DNA of 64,000 nt. Source: Longimicrobiales bacterium. GTDB lineage: Bacteria; Gemmatimonadota; Gemmatimonadetes; Longimicrobiales; Gaopeijiaceae. Positions 25,378 to 36,000 of this stretch are shown here, one piece after another. The number at the start of each line of letters is the position of its first letter. Position 1 is the first letter of the stretch. The stretch lies in NCBI GenBank assembly GCA_965203485.1, contig OZ241892.1, forward strand, positions 256,001 through 320,000, written 5' to 3'. A program made the translations under genes and the position numbers. Below the pieces are notes generated by a model. That model was not told where the DNA came from and made no database searches. It worked only from the letters and a program-made list of their open reading frames with translations.

Positions 25378-26589
25378 ATGAGCTTCATCGAACGCCTTTC
25401 TTCCAAGTGGTTTTTCGATAGCACTAGAAATAGATGGTGTCGAACCAATGATCTGTTGGTTTTCGAGAAACAGGTTGATGTGGAGTATGACAGTAGCGAC
25501 TTGCCGAAACGACGTAATCTTGTATCGATGCCGAACGGTGATTTCCAAATTGACATTCGGCTGTCCAATGCTCATCGCATTGTGGCTACGCTATTCGTCG
25601 ACAGATTCGATCTCGGAAGCGAAGAATACCATTATAAATTCCCGAATGGAGAACAATTTCGATGGGGTGCGAAATGGGGTTTCGGAGACGACAGACCGTG
25701 TCATGGGTTCGGGGGCCACAATCCATCGTATCGCATTATGTTTCCAGATCGTCTTAAAATTGACGAATGGCAATCGAAATATGATATCCTGGTATTGGGG
25801 AGAATCGGAGATATTGAACTTGCTCAAGGTGATTGGACGTGTCAAATAGTCACCACGCCTGGCGGTATGGTCCATGGTACCGTTTTGGGTCCAGCAGAAG
25901 ATCCTGAAGATTTCGTGTCATTGGTTGAGTTGTACCTTACTGCAGTGCAATCGACGCCAGTAGTTATACCATGGATGGGAATGCACAGAGGTGGTCGCAT
26001 GGTACGTAAAGGCTATGATACCAGCGACACGGTGTACATACGAACCGTTATAGACAGTAAATCGCACTTACACCGCGTCAAGGTTCACGAGCACGGATTC
26101 AGAAAATACATGGACAATTCCAAAAACCCCGAAGAATACTTCCCAGTGTTCTGCCGTGCTCTGGAAAGACATGATCGACTGAAAAGTCTCATAGTGGAAT
26201 GGATGCGATTGAGAACAATTTCGCATTCTATTCCAACTATTATTGAGGGGTTCACGATCCTTCGATCGATCGTGGTGGCCCTCAAGAAATGGCCGCATGG
26301 AAGGAGTCGTACGAAGAAGAAAGAACAGTATGACCTCATGAACAATACGACTTCCCAGTGGAGTATTCCAAGTGAGGTGAGCAACTGGATTGAGAAAAAC
26401 AAACCGAGAGCGCAAGTTGATGGTTGGTATGATGCACTTAAAATTCTACGAAACACTGCCGCGCATCGAGAAGCCATAGATGTCAATTGGGACACATTGC
26501 GGGTCATGCAAATAATGTCTCGAGATGTCATCAACCACGTGTGCGAACTCTTGTGGCGACAGATCGAGAAAGTCGGCAAGGAGAACTAA
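25378..26589 (+). CDS. Low-GC hypothetical protein with C-terminal HEPN-like motif (ApeA-like layout)
   Basis: 403 aa; beta-rich N-terminus, helical C-terminus with ILRNTAAHRE (R-x4-H). Confidence 0.62.
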   Translation: MSFIERLSSKWFFDSTRNRWCRTNDLLVFEKQVDVEYDSSDLPKRRNLVSMPNGDFQIDIRLSNAHRIVATLFVDRFDLGSEEYHYKFPNGEQFRWGAKWGFGDDRPCHGFGGHNPSYRIMFPDRLKIDEWQSKYDILVLGRIGDIELAQGDWTCQIVTTPGGMVHGTVLGPAEDPEDFVSLVELYLTAVQSTPVVIPWMGMHRGGRMVRKGYDTSDTVYIRTVIDSKSHLHRVKVHEHGFRKYMDNSKNPEEYFPVFCRALERHDRLKSLIVEWMRLRTISHSIPTIIEGFTILRSIVVALKKWPHGRSRTKKKEQYDLMNNTTSQWSIPSEVSNWIEKNKPRAQVDGWYDALKILRNTAAHREAIDVNWDTLRVMQIMSRDVINHVCELLWRQIEKVGKEN

Positions 26590-26647
26590 CGAGCACCATT
26601 TTAATGCAATAACGCTATCGATATTTCGTAGCTTAACATCATTGACC

Positions 26648-29449
26648 TCACCTCTCCGCCTCCTTCCGCCTCTTCGCCTGGTCGTACCACATCAGCAGCT
26701 GGAGGTCCTCCCGCAGCACCTTGTCGGGGACCTTCCGGGCGATATCGAGGATCGTGTCGTAGTCGCCCTTTCCCCAGGCGTGGCGGAAGCCGGCGCGAAC
26801 GGCCTCCAGGCGGAACTTTGTCAGGCGTCGTAGCGACGGCTCCCGGTAGGTCTGGAACTCCCGGAGCAGCGTGCGCTCCCGGAGCCGTTCCAGGTCGGTG
26901 GCCTTGTTGACGTCCGGCACGTACCAGCGGTCGCAGGCGCGCTTCCGCAAGGTGGAGTCGTCCTTGGGCAGGTTCCGGGCGTCCTTGTAGTTGCTGGACA
27001 AGTAGCCGTGAATCTGGCAGGGGACCTCGCCCTCGCCGTCGTAGCAGAGGAAGTTCTGCTCAAGGAGGGCGGACAGCTCCAGAAGCTGCTCGTGCCTCTG
27101 CCAGCCGCCGAGTTCGCGGATGAAGTCGGGATGGATCGCCGAGAAGGTCCGGGGGCGGGCCTTCAGCTGGAAGCGTAGCCACTCGATGGCGGACTTTTCG
27201 TCGATCACAAGCAGGGCCAGCTGTTCGATGCGCTGGACCGTGAGGCGCTTTCGGTCGTGCTCGGCGGCTTGCTCCGGGAGGAAGTACATGCCGTTGCGGG
27301 CCGCGAACCGCTGCTTCAGGCCTTCGTAGAACTCGGCGGCCGAGAGGGGGATGATGACGCCTCGCTGGACATGGAACGCCACCATTCGGTCGAAGAGGAG
27401 GTAGTCGAGGCGCTCGGCCACGATCTCCGCCACATCCCCCTTGGCCACGAACACCGGCAGGTTCCTGAGGTGATTGTGGACGAAATCCCAGACGCCGTCC
27501 TCGCTTCCGGCCGTTAGCTTGAAGCGCGCCTCCAGGTCGCGGGATGGCTTGTAGCACGAAATGACCAGGTCTTGCTTCACGGCGCCGCTGGCAACGGCTT
27601 GGTTGTAGGAGCCCACCTTCTTGTCCAGCGTACGCACGTCGGCCACGACCAAGCCGGCGGCGGACAGGCTCTCCTGAATGGTGTTCCAGACTGAGTTCTG
27701 GGAGTTGTGGAACACGACGGTCATCCACCGTCCCGGCTTGAGAACACTGGCGTACTCGCCGAAGCAACGTCCCATGAGCACTTGGTATTCGTCCAGTTGC
27801 TTGCGTTGAGTCGGGCTGACGATCGCTTCCGGGGCTTGGTTCGTGAAGACGCCGTGGAACGCCTCGACGACGAAGTTGAGTTCGCCGTAGGCCAAGTTGT
27901 CGCCGAAGGGCGGGTCAGTGAAGATGTAGTCAACGGAATCCGCCGGAATCGGGATGCGTCCGCAGTCCACGGCCGATACGACAGCATGGCCACGACGCGA
28001 AGGCATGGGCGTGAACGCCTTGGGCAATCGGCCAGTGCGTCCCGTTAGGTTGTAGCGCAGGGAGCATTCCGAGATCTGGGAACTGACGTAGTACACGCCG
28101 GACATCGCACGGTTCACCTGGGAGCCGCCGGGGCGTCCGTGCTGGATCGGCTGGTACCGATTCAAGATGGACATGCCGAGGATCGCCTGCTCCGCCAAGA
28201 ACATGAGCATGTTGCGCAACCGCAGGTCGTCCTGTTGGCGAACCAAGCCCCACAAGCAAGCCAGAGTACGCGCGGCTCGAGGCAAGAACAAGTGGTGCAC
28301 ATGCTGAAACGAGGCCGACCCGGCCCGCCACTTGTCGCCCCACTTCGTCACGCCGTCGGAGACGTGCATCATGCGGTCCAGCGGCACGCCTTGGAGGGGC
28401 TCGATGGTTGCGATTCGCTCGAGAAGTTGAAGATCCGCGCTGTCCGGCTCCTTGTCGTGCCTGTCGTTGCCGATCTGATAGTTGATCAGGACGGGCACTC
28501 GCTTGGGTTCGTCGACGCTCCGTTCAAGGGCTTGATCCCAGCGGGCGGAAGAACTCCGCACGAGCCGTATCTTCGTCAGCACCACCCCGCACTCCGGGCA
28601 CGGAAATTCCTTCTTCACTTTCTTGGTCTGGACGTCCACGGCCTCCCTCCCGAACACCACCTCCCCGCCGCAGTCCGGGCACGAGAACACCTCGCTCCAT
28701 ACCGTGTAGTTGATGCGGCCCTTGGTCTTGCCGTCGGTGTGGAGCGTCTCGTACATCCAGCCGATGTCCTTCTCCACGTCGTCCAGCAGTTGCTTGGCCG
28801 CTTCGGCGAACTCGTCCACGTCGAAGGGGATGTTGTAGTTGGCGGCGATGAACGTGGCCGCGGGGGACAGGTCGCCCAGGACGGTCTGCCTCGCACCCCA
28901 CTTGGGCGGCTCCCGGCCTTGGTCCTTCCATTCCTTCTCGAGCTTGCGGCGGTACTCTTCCGGCGCCGCGCCGCACCACTGGGCGGCCACGCCGGTCATT
29001 CCCGAGCCGCAGAAGCCGTCCAGCACGATGTCGCCGGGTTCGGTGTAGTGCAGGATCGACGGGACGATTGCCAGGTGGGGCACCTTGGTGTGATAGCCGT
29101 GCGCCCGGTAGAGGGGATCGGTCTTGCCCACGCTCACGTCCACGGCGAACGGCTCGCGGTGGTACTCCTCGGCGGGGTCGTGGGGCGTGCCGCAACGCTC
29201 GACGAACTCGGCCAGGAACGGGTTCGGGCAGGCGGTGTAGTACGGCGGGTCCGACATGCGCAGGATGTTCTCGTCTTCCCCCTTGGGAAAGTCGGGACGC
29301 TTGCGCAGCTCGGGGAGCTTCTCGCGCAGCCGTTGCAGGAAGTGCTTGCGCCGGGCGTCGTCGGACTCGAAGGTCATGCCCAGGCACTCGACCTTGTTGG
29401 TCTTCGGGGCGGCCTTCCGCTCGAAGAGCCTGCTCGGCGAGTCGGTCAT
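26648..29449 (-). CDS. pglX: BREX type 3 DNA methyltransferase PglXI
   Basis: SDPPYYTACPNPF, AHGYHTKVPH, LDGFCGSGMTG, CPDC/CPEC zinc ribbon, IFTDPPFG; follows brxC. Confidence 0.9.
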   Translation of the reverse strand: MTDSPSRLFERKAAPKTNKVECLGMTFESDDARRKHFLQRLREKLPELRKRPDFPKGEDENILRMSDPPYYTACPNPFLAEFVERCGTPHDPAEEYHREPFAVDVSVGKTDPLYRAHGYHTKVPHLAIVPSILHYTEPGDIVLDGFCGSGMTGVAAQWCGAAPEEYRRKLEKEWKDQGREPPKWGARQTVLGDLSPAATFIAANYNIPFDVDEFAEAAKQLLDDVEKDIGWMYETLHTDGKTKGRINYTVWSEVFSCPDCGGEVVFGREAVDVQTKKVKKEFPCPECGVVLTKIRLVRSSSARWDQALERSVDEPKRVPVLINYQIGNDRHDKEPDSADLQLLERIATIEPLQGVPLDRMMHVSDGVTKWGDKWRAGSASFQHVHHLFLPRAARTLACLWGLVRQQDDLRLRNMLMFLAEQAILGMSILNRYQPIQHGRPGGSQVNRAMSGVYYVSSQISECSLRYNLTGRTGRLPKAFTPMPSRRGHAVVSAVDCGRIPIPADSVDYIFTDPPFGDNLAYGELNFVVEAFHGVFTNQAPEAIVSPTQRKQLDEYQVLMGRCFGEYASVLKPGRWMTVVFHNSQNSVWNTIQESLSAAGLVVADVRTLDKKVGSYNQAVASGAVKQDLVISCYKPSRDLEARFKLTAGSEDGVWDFVHNHLRNLPVFVAKGDVAEIVAERLDYLLFDRMVAFHVQRGVIIPLSAAEFYEGLKQRFAARNGMYFLPEQAAEHDRKRLTVQRIEQLALLVIDEKSAIEWLRFQLKARPRTFSAIHPDFIRELGGWQRHEQLLELSALLEQNFLCYDGEGEVPCQIHGYLSSNYKDARNLPKDDSTLRKRACDRWYVPDVNKATDLERLRERTLLREFQTYREPSLRRLTKFRLEAVRAGFRHAWGKGDYDTILDIARKVPDKVLREDLQLLMWYDQAKRRKEAER

Positions 29450-29574
29450 GAGGTGAGTGCCGTCAAGTTGGTCACTCCGACAGTGACCAACCCCCCTTTA
29501 GGCACGGCAACTTGGTCAGTGACCAACCCCGTTCTGCGGCGGTACGTTCCTCTGTCCACCCTGTCCCGCGTCAT
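29446..29574 (-). CDS. 42-aa mini-ORF coupled to both brxC and pglX
   Basis: ATGA overlaps at 29571-29574 and 29446-29449; [42 protein letters not shown]. Confidence 0.5.
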   Translation of the reverse strand: MTRDRVDRGTYRRRTGLVTDQVAVPKGGLVTVGVTNLTALTS

Positions 29575-32500
29575 TCGTCTTCCAGCACGATCCTGACCTT
29601 GCCCGGATCCCTCCCCCCAACCTGTTCCTCCAACCAGCCGGCCAGCCGCTTCACCATGTCGGACGGCGTCGAGGGCGCACCGTCGGGAGCCAGGGCGGCG
29701 CACAGCTCGGCCGGCCTCACCGACACCTTCTCGAGCCTCGCCAGCGCCTCGGCCAGGGCGTCGATCAGCTCCTGCTTCGGGTCCTGCGCCAGCCGGCCGC
29801 TGGCCACGAACCGATCCACGAGCGCCTTGGCCGCCGGCTCCAGCAGCTTCAAGCTCTCCTGGGCGGTGGGGTCGGCCAGGTTCTCCAACAGCGTGTCGGC
29901 CCAACGCGCCAGCATTCGGTCCGCCTCCTGGTCGAGAGCGTCCAGCACGGATTGCGCCGACGGCCCTGTCGAGTCCTCGACGCCCAGGCGGAAGCCGCAG
30001 TGGCCGCACGCCGGCGCGGCGCGCAGTTCGGACTCCATGAGAGCCGTGCACGAGGCCAGCCCCTCCAGCCGCTCCCGGTAGTCGTCCAGTTGCCGCTTGG
30101 GCAGGATGTCGATTGCGCACAACTTGGCCAGCCCCTTGAGCCGGGCGCTCGCCAGCAGACGCCGCCTCTGCTCCTCGCCGGCCGCTCCCAGGCGGTGCTT
30201 CGCATGGGCCGCCAAGTAGATGCGCGTGTACTCGCCCTTGAGGTCGCGCAGGTCTCGGTCGGCTTTGCGACGGAACTCGGCGGAACGACGCATCTTGGGA
30301 TCGGCGAAGCGGGCCAACACGTCCCGCCGGACCTTCCCCGCCCGAACAGCCCATCCGTGCTCCGACGGCAGTCCCGCCAGCGCGGCCGTCAAGTAGGACG
30401 CCAGCGGGTCCAAGCTGGTCCGCAGCTTGTTCAGCGCGTCGACCTCCTCCAAGCACGCGATGCCCGCACCGTGGGACTCCACCTCGTCGGCGGAGTGGCG
30501 GAAGTTCTTCAGCTTGCCGGGCGTCGTGTACGCCTGAAGGGACTCCAGGAACGCCTTCGTCCCCTTCATGCCTTCGCGGAGCCGCTGGGCTTCGTCGTCC
30601 GCCAGCAGGGGCGCGCCCCAGAACGGAAGCCCCTCTTGAACCAAGTGCGCGCCCTTGGCCAGCCGCTGCACCACCTCCGTCAGCTTCTCCTGCAGTTGCT
30701 GGACCGCCGCCTGCTGGCCCTGCGTCGCCAACCGAGCCGTACCGGGCTGCAAGCCGACCAGCTCGCACAAGGCGGTCAACGCCGGCAGGTTCCACTCCTT
30801 CGGCGCCTTGTAGTGCTTGAAGTCGACCAGCTCCTTGATCGGGCGCTTCGCCATCTCGGGAAGGCCGACCGCGTCGAACACCGCTCCCGGCACCGCCACC
30901 ACGACATGGCCAGAGTGCACAAGGGCCGCCAGCACGACCACCACCCACTCGGGCTCCAACCGCTGGTCGTTCTTGTCCATGTACTCCACGCCGCGATCCA
31001 CTTCGACGATCTCGCTCCGGTTCACGACCTGCCCGTGCCCCTTCCGCTCCAGCAGATCCAGCACGTGTCCGGCGTAGGGCGAGCCGGAGGGCTCGATGCG
31101 GTCGCCGTCCAGCAGCCCCAGCGCGTCCAGCACGGCGGTGGCCTGGGCGGTCGGGCGCTTGCCGGCCACGACCTGCAGGGCGTCTCGGGCCGCCTGCTCC
31201 CGGCTCTGGTCCGTCACCACCACCGAGAAGCGGGGGTACCCAGGCGCTTGGTCCGCAAAGCGAGGCGAAAGGCAGAGGCCCGCCACCGCGTTGACGAACC
31301 CGCGGAAGTCGACCACTTCGTCGGGGCGAAGGCCCGCGACCTCGCGCACCGACTTCTCCTTGCTCCACTCGACCAGCCTTCGAGCGCGGCCCCGGTACGT
31401 GCCCTGGAAGGCGTCGATCATGTTCTCGCGAAGCCACTTCACGATCTCGCGCAGGAAGCCGTCCGCCTTCTCCTGGTAGGTCTTCTTGGCGTGCCCCGAC
31501 GATGTCAGCGCCAAGTCCGCCGCTGCGGCGTAGCTTGTCAACGCCTCGTCGAACGTCTTGTCGCGGCGGTTCAGTCGCACGAACACCTCGTCGGGCTTCT
31601 GCTCGTCCTTGAACCGGGGCGGCTCGTAGGGCTGGATGAAGTACAGGTAGAAGTCCCTCGGAGGCACGGCGGTGGAACGCTCGTTGGGCGCCCCGAAGAA
31701 CAAGTAGCCCCGCCTCGACGCCTTCCGGTCCGGCCAGACCAGCTCGTGTTCCCAAATCTGGTAGCCGGTGACGTAGGTTTGGTCGGTGCACTCCATGATC
31801 CGGCGGAGCGCGTCGTAGTAGTAGCGGTCCAGCTTGGAGGCGTCCAACGTCTCGGCGCGCGCCTCGATCAAGGCGTCGTAGTCGTCGGTCTTCTTCAGGT
31901 CCAGGTAGTACTGGCCGTTGTCGGGGTTCGACGAGACGAACTGGCCGCTCACCGTCTTGTATATCTCGTGCAGGACGGCTTCGACCTGGGTCAGGAGGTC
32001 GTCGGCCGGGTCGCCCCCCAGGTTCTCGACGCCGGGCTGGTGCAGGCACAAGGAGTCCCGCAGCTCCTTCCCCGTGGCACCCAGCTTCGAGTGTATGTCG
32101 CCGGTCGTGAGCCTGTGGACCGAGAGCGCGTGTATGATCCGCAGCGCCATCGCCATGTACTGGGGCCGCGTGTACGCCTGCCGGATCCGCGCCTCCAGCA
32201 CTTCGCTGCACTGAACGACGGCGCGGATGTCTGGCACGGCGCGGAATGCGGGGTTGTCGCGCAACGTGTTCCAGTAGCTGTCGTAGGTGACGAGTCCCGG
32301 GTGATCCGCGGGAAGCTCTTGTTCGAGCATCTTGTGCATCGCTCGGGAGAGCGTCTTGAGGATCTCCCGCTTCTCGGCCTGGGCCACTTGGTCGAAGGTG
32401 TCGATATAGGCGGGGTGCACGGGGAATAGATGCACGTACTCGTCCATGCCCTCGTTCATGCGCTCGTAGAACTTGGCAAAGGGCGCCAAGTGCTCGCGTA

Positions 32501-33308
32501 TCTTGGCCTTCTGGTCCGCCGTCTTCTTCAGCAGGCGCTCGGCCACCACGAACTTCACGTCGCTCTTGGCGATGAGCACTTGCTCGAAGCGGTCCTTGAC
32601 CCGCCGAAGCGCCTGGGCCGCGAACGCCAGCGAGGGAGCGCCGAAGATCGTTTCCTGCACGCCGGCCATGAAGCGGAAGCGCAAGTCGCGGCACACTTCG
32701 CCCACTTCGCGCATGAAGTTCAGGTCGTACACCAGCTCCTGGTCCTTCCGCGACCGCAAGTAGTCCAGGAGCTCGTCCACCACCAGCAAGAGGCCGTGGT
32801 CGGGGAAGACGCCGTGGAACGCCGTCATCATCTCCTCGAAGCAGTGCTTGTTGCTGCGCACTTCGTCGGCGGGCGGGAAGGCGTAGCGGACGCCCATGGC
32901 GGCCGTTTCTTCCTCCAGCTCGTTCGCCACGATGTCCCGCAAGGGCATCTGCGACGCCCCGATCTCCACCCGGATCACCTTGAAGCGGCCCGCCACGGCC
33001 CTGGCTGCCTCGGCCAGCTTCGGATGCGTGAGGCGCTCGGCCAACTCCGCGTGCTCGGCGACCCCGGCCAGCACCGCCATCAGGTGCGACTTGCCCGTGC
33101 CGTAGTTGCCCACTACCAGAAGGCCCCGGTTGTCGGCCGCAGCGTCGTACTGAAGCTGGGGAATCACGACCGCCGACAGCTTCTCCGCCATCTCGTCGGA
33201 CACTACGTAGGACTCCACCAGCTTCCGAGCCTCGTCCGCCTTCGCCGCGTTGCGAAGCTGCACGACGGACTCGATGGGATCGAAGCGGATCAGGTCGCGG
33301 TACTTCAT
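29571..33308 (-). CDS. brxC: BREX type 3 BrxC/PglY ATPase (DUF6079-like)
   Basis: [28 protein letters not shown]alker [12 protein letters not shown]alker B; ATGA overlap with brxF. Confidence 0.92.
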   Translation of the reverse strand: MKYRDLIRFDPIESVVQLRNAAKADEARKLVESYVVSDEMAEKLSAVVIPQLQYDAAADNRGLLVVGNYGTGKSHLMAVLAGVAEHAELAERLTHPKLAEAARAVAGRFKVIRVEIGASQMPLRDIVANELEEETAAMGVRYAFPPADEVRSNKHCFEEMMTAFHGVFPDHGLLLVVDELLDYLRSRKDQELVYDLNFMREVGEVCRDLRFRFMAGVQETIFGAPSLAFAAQALRRVKDRFEQVLIAKSDVKFVVAERLLKKTADQKAKIREHLAPFAKFYERMNEGMDEYVHLFPVHPAYIDTFDQVAQAEKREILKTLSRAMHKMLEQELPADHPGLVTYDSYWNTLRDNPAFRAVPDIRAVVQCSEVLEARIRQAYTRPQYMAMALRIIHALSVHRLTTGDIHSKLGATGKELRDSLCLHQPGVENLGGDPADDLLTQVEAVLHEIYKTVSGQFVSSNPDNGQYYLDLKKTDDYDALIEARAETLDASKLDRYYYDALRRIMECTDQTYVTGYQIWEHELVWPDRKASRRGYLFFGAPNERSTAVPPRDFYLYFIQPYEPPRFKDEQKPDEVFVRLNRRDKTFDEALTSYAAAADLALTSSGHAKKTYQEKADGFLREIVKWLRENMIDAFQGTYRGRARRLVEWSKEKSVREVAGLRPDEVVDFRGFVNAVAGLCLSPRFADQAPGYPRFSVVVTDQSREQAARDALQVVAGKRPTAQATAVLDALGLLDGDRIEPSGSPYAGHVLDLLERKGHGQVVNRSEIVEVDRGVEYMDKNDQRLEPEWVVVVLAALVHSGHVVVAVPGAVFDAVGLPEMAKRPIKELVDFKHYKAPKEWNLPALTALCELVGLQPGTARLATQGQQAAVQQLQEKLTEVVQRLAKGAHLVQEGLPFWGAPLLADDEAQRLREGMKGTKAFLESLQAYTTPGKLKNFRHSADEVESHGAGIACLEEVDALNKLRTSLDPLASYLTAALAGLPSEHGWAVRAGKVRRDVLARFADPKMRRSAEFRRKADRDLRDLKGEYTRIYLAAHAKHRLGAAGEEQRRRLLASARLKGLAKLCAIDILPKRQLDDYRERLEGLASCTALMESELRAAPACGHCGFRLGVEDSTGPSAQSVLDALDQEADRMLARWADTLLENLADPTAQESLKLLEPAAKALVDRFVASGRLAQDPKQELIDALAEALARLEKVSVRPAELCAALAPDGAPSTPSDMVKRLAGWLEEQVGGRDPGKVRIVLEDE

Positions 33309-33907
33309 CGGCGGGGCTCCATGGCGTCGCGTCCTTGGGCGTCCACTACGATCGCATCGTCGGCCAAGTCCGCCATCGGGTAGCTTCGGTGCTCCGGGTG
33401 ACCGGGAGCCGCGTACGTCAGCCGCCCCTCGGCCACCGCCCCGGGCCACGCCGCGACGACCACCTGGTGGCGCGCCAGCCCTTGGAGCAGCTTGAGTGGG
33501 TTCTGCCGGAACGCCGGGTCGAAGGCGATCTCGATGTTGTCCAGCAGGACCATGCGGCCGGGCGACGGTTCGGCGGCCGGCTCCTGGCGCTGGGCGTGGG
33601 CGGCTTCCAGTATCATGCGGTCGGATGCCGACGCCGACGCCGCTTCAACGCGCTTCGCGTGGGCTTCGTCCACGATCTCGCCCAGCAGCCCGGCCAAGCG
33701 GAGCGCGCGCTGTCGTTCCGTGAGCTCCAGCATTCGGCTGGACAGCTCCAGGCCGACGTTCACGAGGGGCGCGCCGGTGCGGTCGCGGAGCGTCCGCAGG
33801 GCCGTCGTCTTGCCCGAGCCGGGCGGACCCGCGACGAGCACGAGTCGATGGCGGAGCGACGCGGCTTTCTGGGCGCAACGCTCGATCCGGTCGGCAAGGG
33901 ATTCCAT
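33305..33907 (-). CDS. brxF: BREX type 3 P-loop protein BrxF
   Basis: [39 protein letters not shown]. Confidence 0.9.
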   Translation of the reverse strand: MESLADRIERCAQKAASLRHRLVLVAGPPGSGKTTALRTLRDRTGAPLVNVGLELSSRMLELTERQRALRLAGLLGEIVDEAHAKRVEAASASASDRMILEAAHAQRQEPAAEPSPGRMVLLDNIEIAFDPAFRQNPLKLLQGLARHQVVVAAWPGAVAEGRLTYAAPGHPEHRSYPMADLADDAIVVDAQGRDAMEPRR

Positions 33908-33914
33908 TCCGTAC

Positions 33915-33923
33915 AGTATATCA
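33915..33923 (-). promoter_or_regulatory. Putative extended -10 promoter of the BREX operon (probably leaderless mRNA)
   Basis: TG-A-TATACT ends 7 nt before the brxF ATG; no clear Shine-Dalgarno. Confidence 0.5.
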
Positions 33924-34024
33924 CGCCCGGGGGACGGAGACGCCGGCGGCGCGGAGCCTGCCGGCGCTTCCGCCGCCGAGCTTGCCGCCGCCGATGCCGC
34001 GTCTGCCGGTTGCCGGGCCCGCCC

Positions 34025-35257
34025 CTACGAACCCCGTCGCAGCCGATGAACGCGCGGATGCTCGACTCCGAGCGTGTCCGTCCAGACGCCGGCCAGCGCC
34101 TCCCTCCCCACGCTCATGATCCGAAAGTTCTTCATCACGTCTACGCTTCCAAGCCATGTCCCGGCGGAGTCCACCACCTGCCAAGCCTCCGGTCTTCCCT
34201 GCTCGCTCTGGCCCAGGAACGGACGCAACCAAATCGCGCCCTCCGCATCCACCAGAATCTGCGAATATGCGGGACGGCTTTCCGGGTCCGGCAATCGATC
34301 CTCTATCTGGCGAACGATGGGGTGTGGATCGACGCCCAAACGTGCGGCGCGCTCGGCAGCGATTATGTCGGCCGTCAGATCCAAGGGATAGTCGACCAAA
34401 CGGAACACTTGCAACAGTTGGCCCGATGGAGACAACATTTCGATCTGCATCGAATTCGCGTTGCCGCGAAAAATCGTGTTGCCGCGGGTAGCTATGCGCG
34501 CAAACTTGCCGAACAGGGGCGCGGCTGACGCGAGATTGCCCTCCACGGCGAGCATGTATGCCTGGTGGCCGGCGGTTTGGCCGATGCTGTCGAGCCGCTC
34601 GCCAGCGATGTTGTAGCGCCAGAGCGCGTTGGGTTGCCGAATCATTCCCCCAGAGCCTTGATAACTGCTCATCGACGGATAGCCCACCGCCACGACGACC
34701 TCGGAGGCTCCCAGCGCGTGAATGGAGGTCACGTATTCCGCAAAGCGGACGACTCGCACCAAGGTTCCGTCGGCGTCGAGGACCGTCATGCGACGGTTGT
34801 AGTCAAACACGAGCAGAGTGTCCGACGTGGTCAGCGAAACGCTCCGAATGACCATGAACTCGCCAGGTCCTTCGCCTTCTCGGCCCGTGGCCGTGCGAAA
34901 CTCGCCCTCTGGAGAATAAAAGCGGATCTCGTGCGATCCGCCGTTCGCAATTGCGTAGGAGCCGTCCGCGAAACGAACCATTCCGCTCACCCGGTAGAAC
35001 AGGTGTTCGTCGCCCGTGCCAGACGCGAAATCGACAAGAGGAGCAGGATCGATGCGCCACCTGCTGGAATCTTCCCATGCAGGGCGATTCGCCTCCACGA
35101 TGCGAACGCCGACGCTGTCCCGCCGCTCGACCGCGGGCGCGGCGTCTTCCATGCGGCTGGAGCAGGACGAAAGGACCAAGCCGAACGGCAACGCCCAGAA
35201 AATCCGTAGAGCAGAGCACCGGGTCTGCTTCGTTGTCATGGATTCCTCCGTTGTCAT
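34025..35257 (-). CDS. Secreted/lipoprotein 6-bladed beta-propeller protein
   Basis: Signal ..LVLSSC; RDSVGVRIVE, GREGEGPGEF, LVDAEGAIW, GVWTDTLGVEH. Confidence 0.75.
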   Translation of the reverse strand: MTTEESMTTKQTRCSALRIFWALPFGLVLSSCSSRMEDAAPAVERRDSVGVRIVEANRPAWEDSSRWRIDPAPLVDFASGTGDEHLFYRVSGMVRFADGSYAIANGGSHEIRFYSPEGEFRTATGREGEGPGEFMVIRSVSLTTSDTLLVFDYNRRMTVLDADGTLVRVVRFAEYVTSIHALGASEVVVAVGYPSMSSYQGSGGMIRQPNALWRYNIAGERLDSIGQTAGHQAYMLAVEGNLASAAPLFGKFARIATRGNTIFRGNANSMQIEMLSPSGQLLQVFRLVDYPLDLTADIIAAERAARLGVDPHPIVRQIEDRLPDPESRPAYSQILVDAEGAIWLRPFLGQSEQGRPEAWQVVDSAGTWLGSVDVMKNFRIMSVGREALAGVWTDTLGVEHPRVHRLRRGS

Positions 35258-35266
35258 GGATTCCTC
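35231..35266. repeat. Perfect 18-bp tandem duplication of RBS + start codon
   Basis: CGTTGTCATGGATTCCTC x2 (minus strand GAGGAATCCATGACAACG). Confidence 0.9.
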
Positions 35267-35361
35267 GCGGACATGCCCGCGAAACCGGGGCATCCAAGCG
35301 TGTCCACGAATGAGGCAACCCCGCTGTCGAAGCTGCGTCAGCAAGAAGCTGCGTCAACAAA

Positions 35362-35378
35362 GGGGGGGGGGGGGGGGG
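35362..35378. repeat. Intergenic G17 tract
   Basis: Direct count; preceded by GAAGCTGCGTCA(G/A)CAA x2. Confidence 0.9.
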
Positions 35379-35738
35379 CGCAAGATGATGGGCGCAAGGT
35401 CGCGCCCATGGTCAGGCTGGTCCAGCGTCGGCCGGGGATCATCGACCACTGTCGGGCGCGAGCGGGGTGGGCCGTCGTCCGTCGCCAGGGTGGCCGCTTG
35501 GTAGTCCGTCCGTCCGTCGGACGGTTCCCGTGGCGGCCATGCGCGGACGGCTGCAGTACATGCTGGCGCGACCCGGTTGCGCCGACTTGCGGCTGTAGCC
35601 GTTGGGGCCTTGGAGCACTGCGGGGCCGGTGCGTGCATGGGTCGTGTACAGCGGCGCAGCAAGGAGAACGGCTTCTTGCGATTCGGCGGTCGCGATGCGA
35701 ACTTGCCATGACGCCTGCAACCCGAAGGGAAATCGCTC

Positions 35739-36000
35739 GTGTTCGCTCGCCCAGCGCCGATCCTCGTTTCCTGGTCGTCCGGCAAGGACTCGGCATGGGC
35801 GCTCCATGTGTTGCGCCGGCAACGGGAACGATGGAGCGTGCGGGGCGTCTTCACCTTCCTGCACGCCAGCGAGCAACGCGCTTGGCCTTCGGCGACCTCT
35901 TCCTGGAAGACGTCCGCGACTACCGTTGCAATCTGCTGGCCGACACGGGCTTCGCGGCGGTCTTTCCCCTCTGGGGTCTCCAGACCCGCGAGCTTGCGGA
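35739..36000 (+). pseudogene. Dph6-like adenine nucleotide alpha-hydrolase (PP-loop) remnant
   Basis: ILVSWSSGKDSAWALHVL in one frame, LAFGDLFLEDVRDYR..VFPLWG..TRELAE in another; middle and 3' parts deleted. Confidence 0.75.

Noticed and set aside
29446..32694. 1082-aa ORF on the minus strand
   Set aside because: Arg/Gly-rich shadow frame of brxC in high-GC DNA; only its last 42 codons lie outside brxC.
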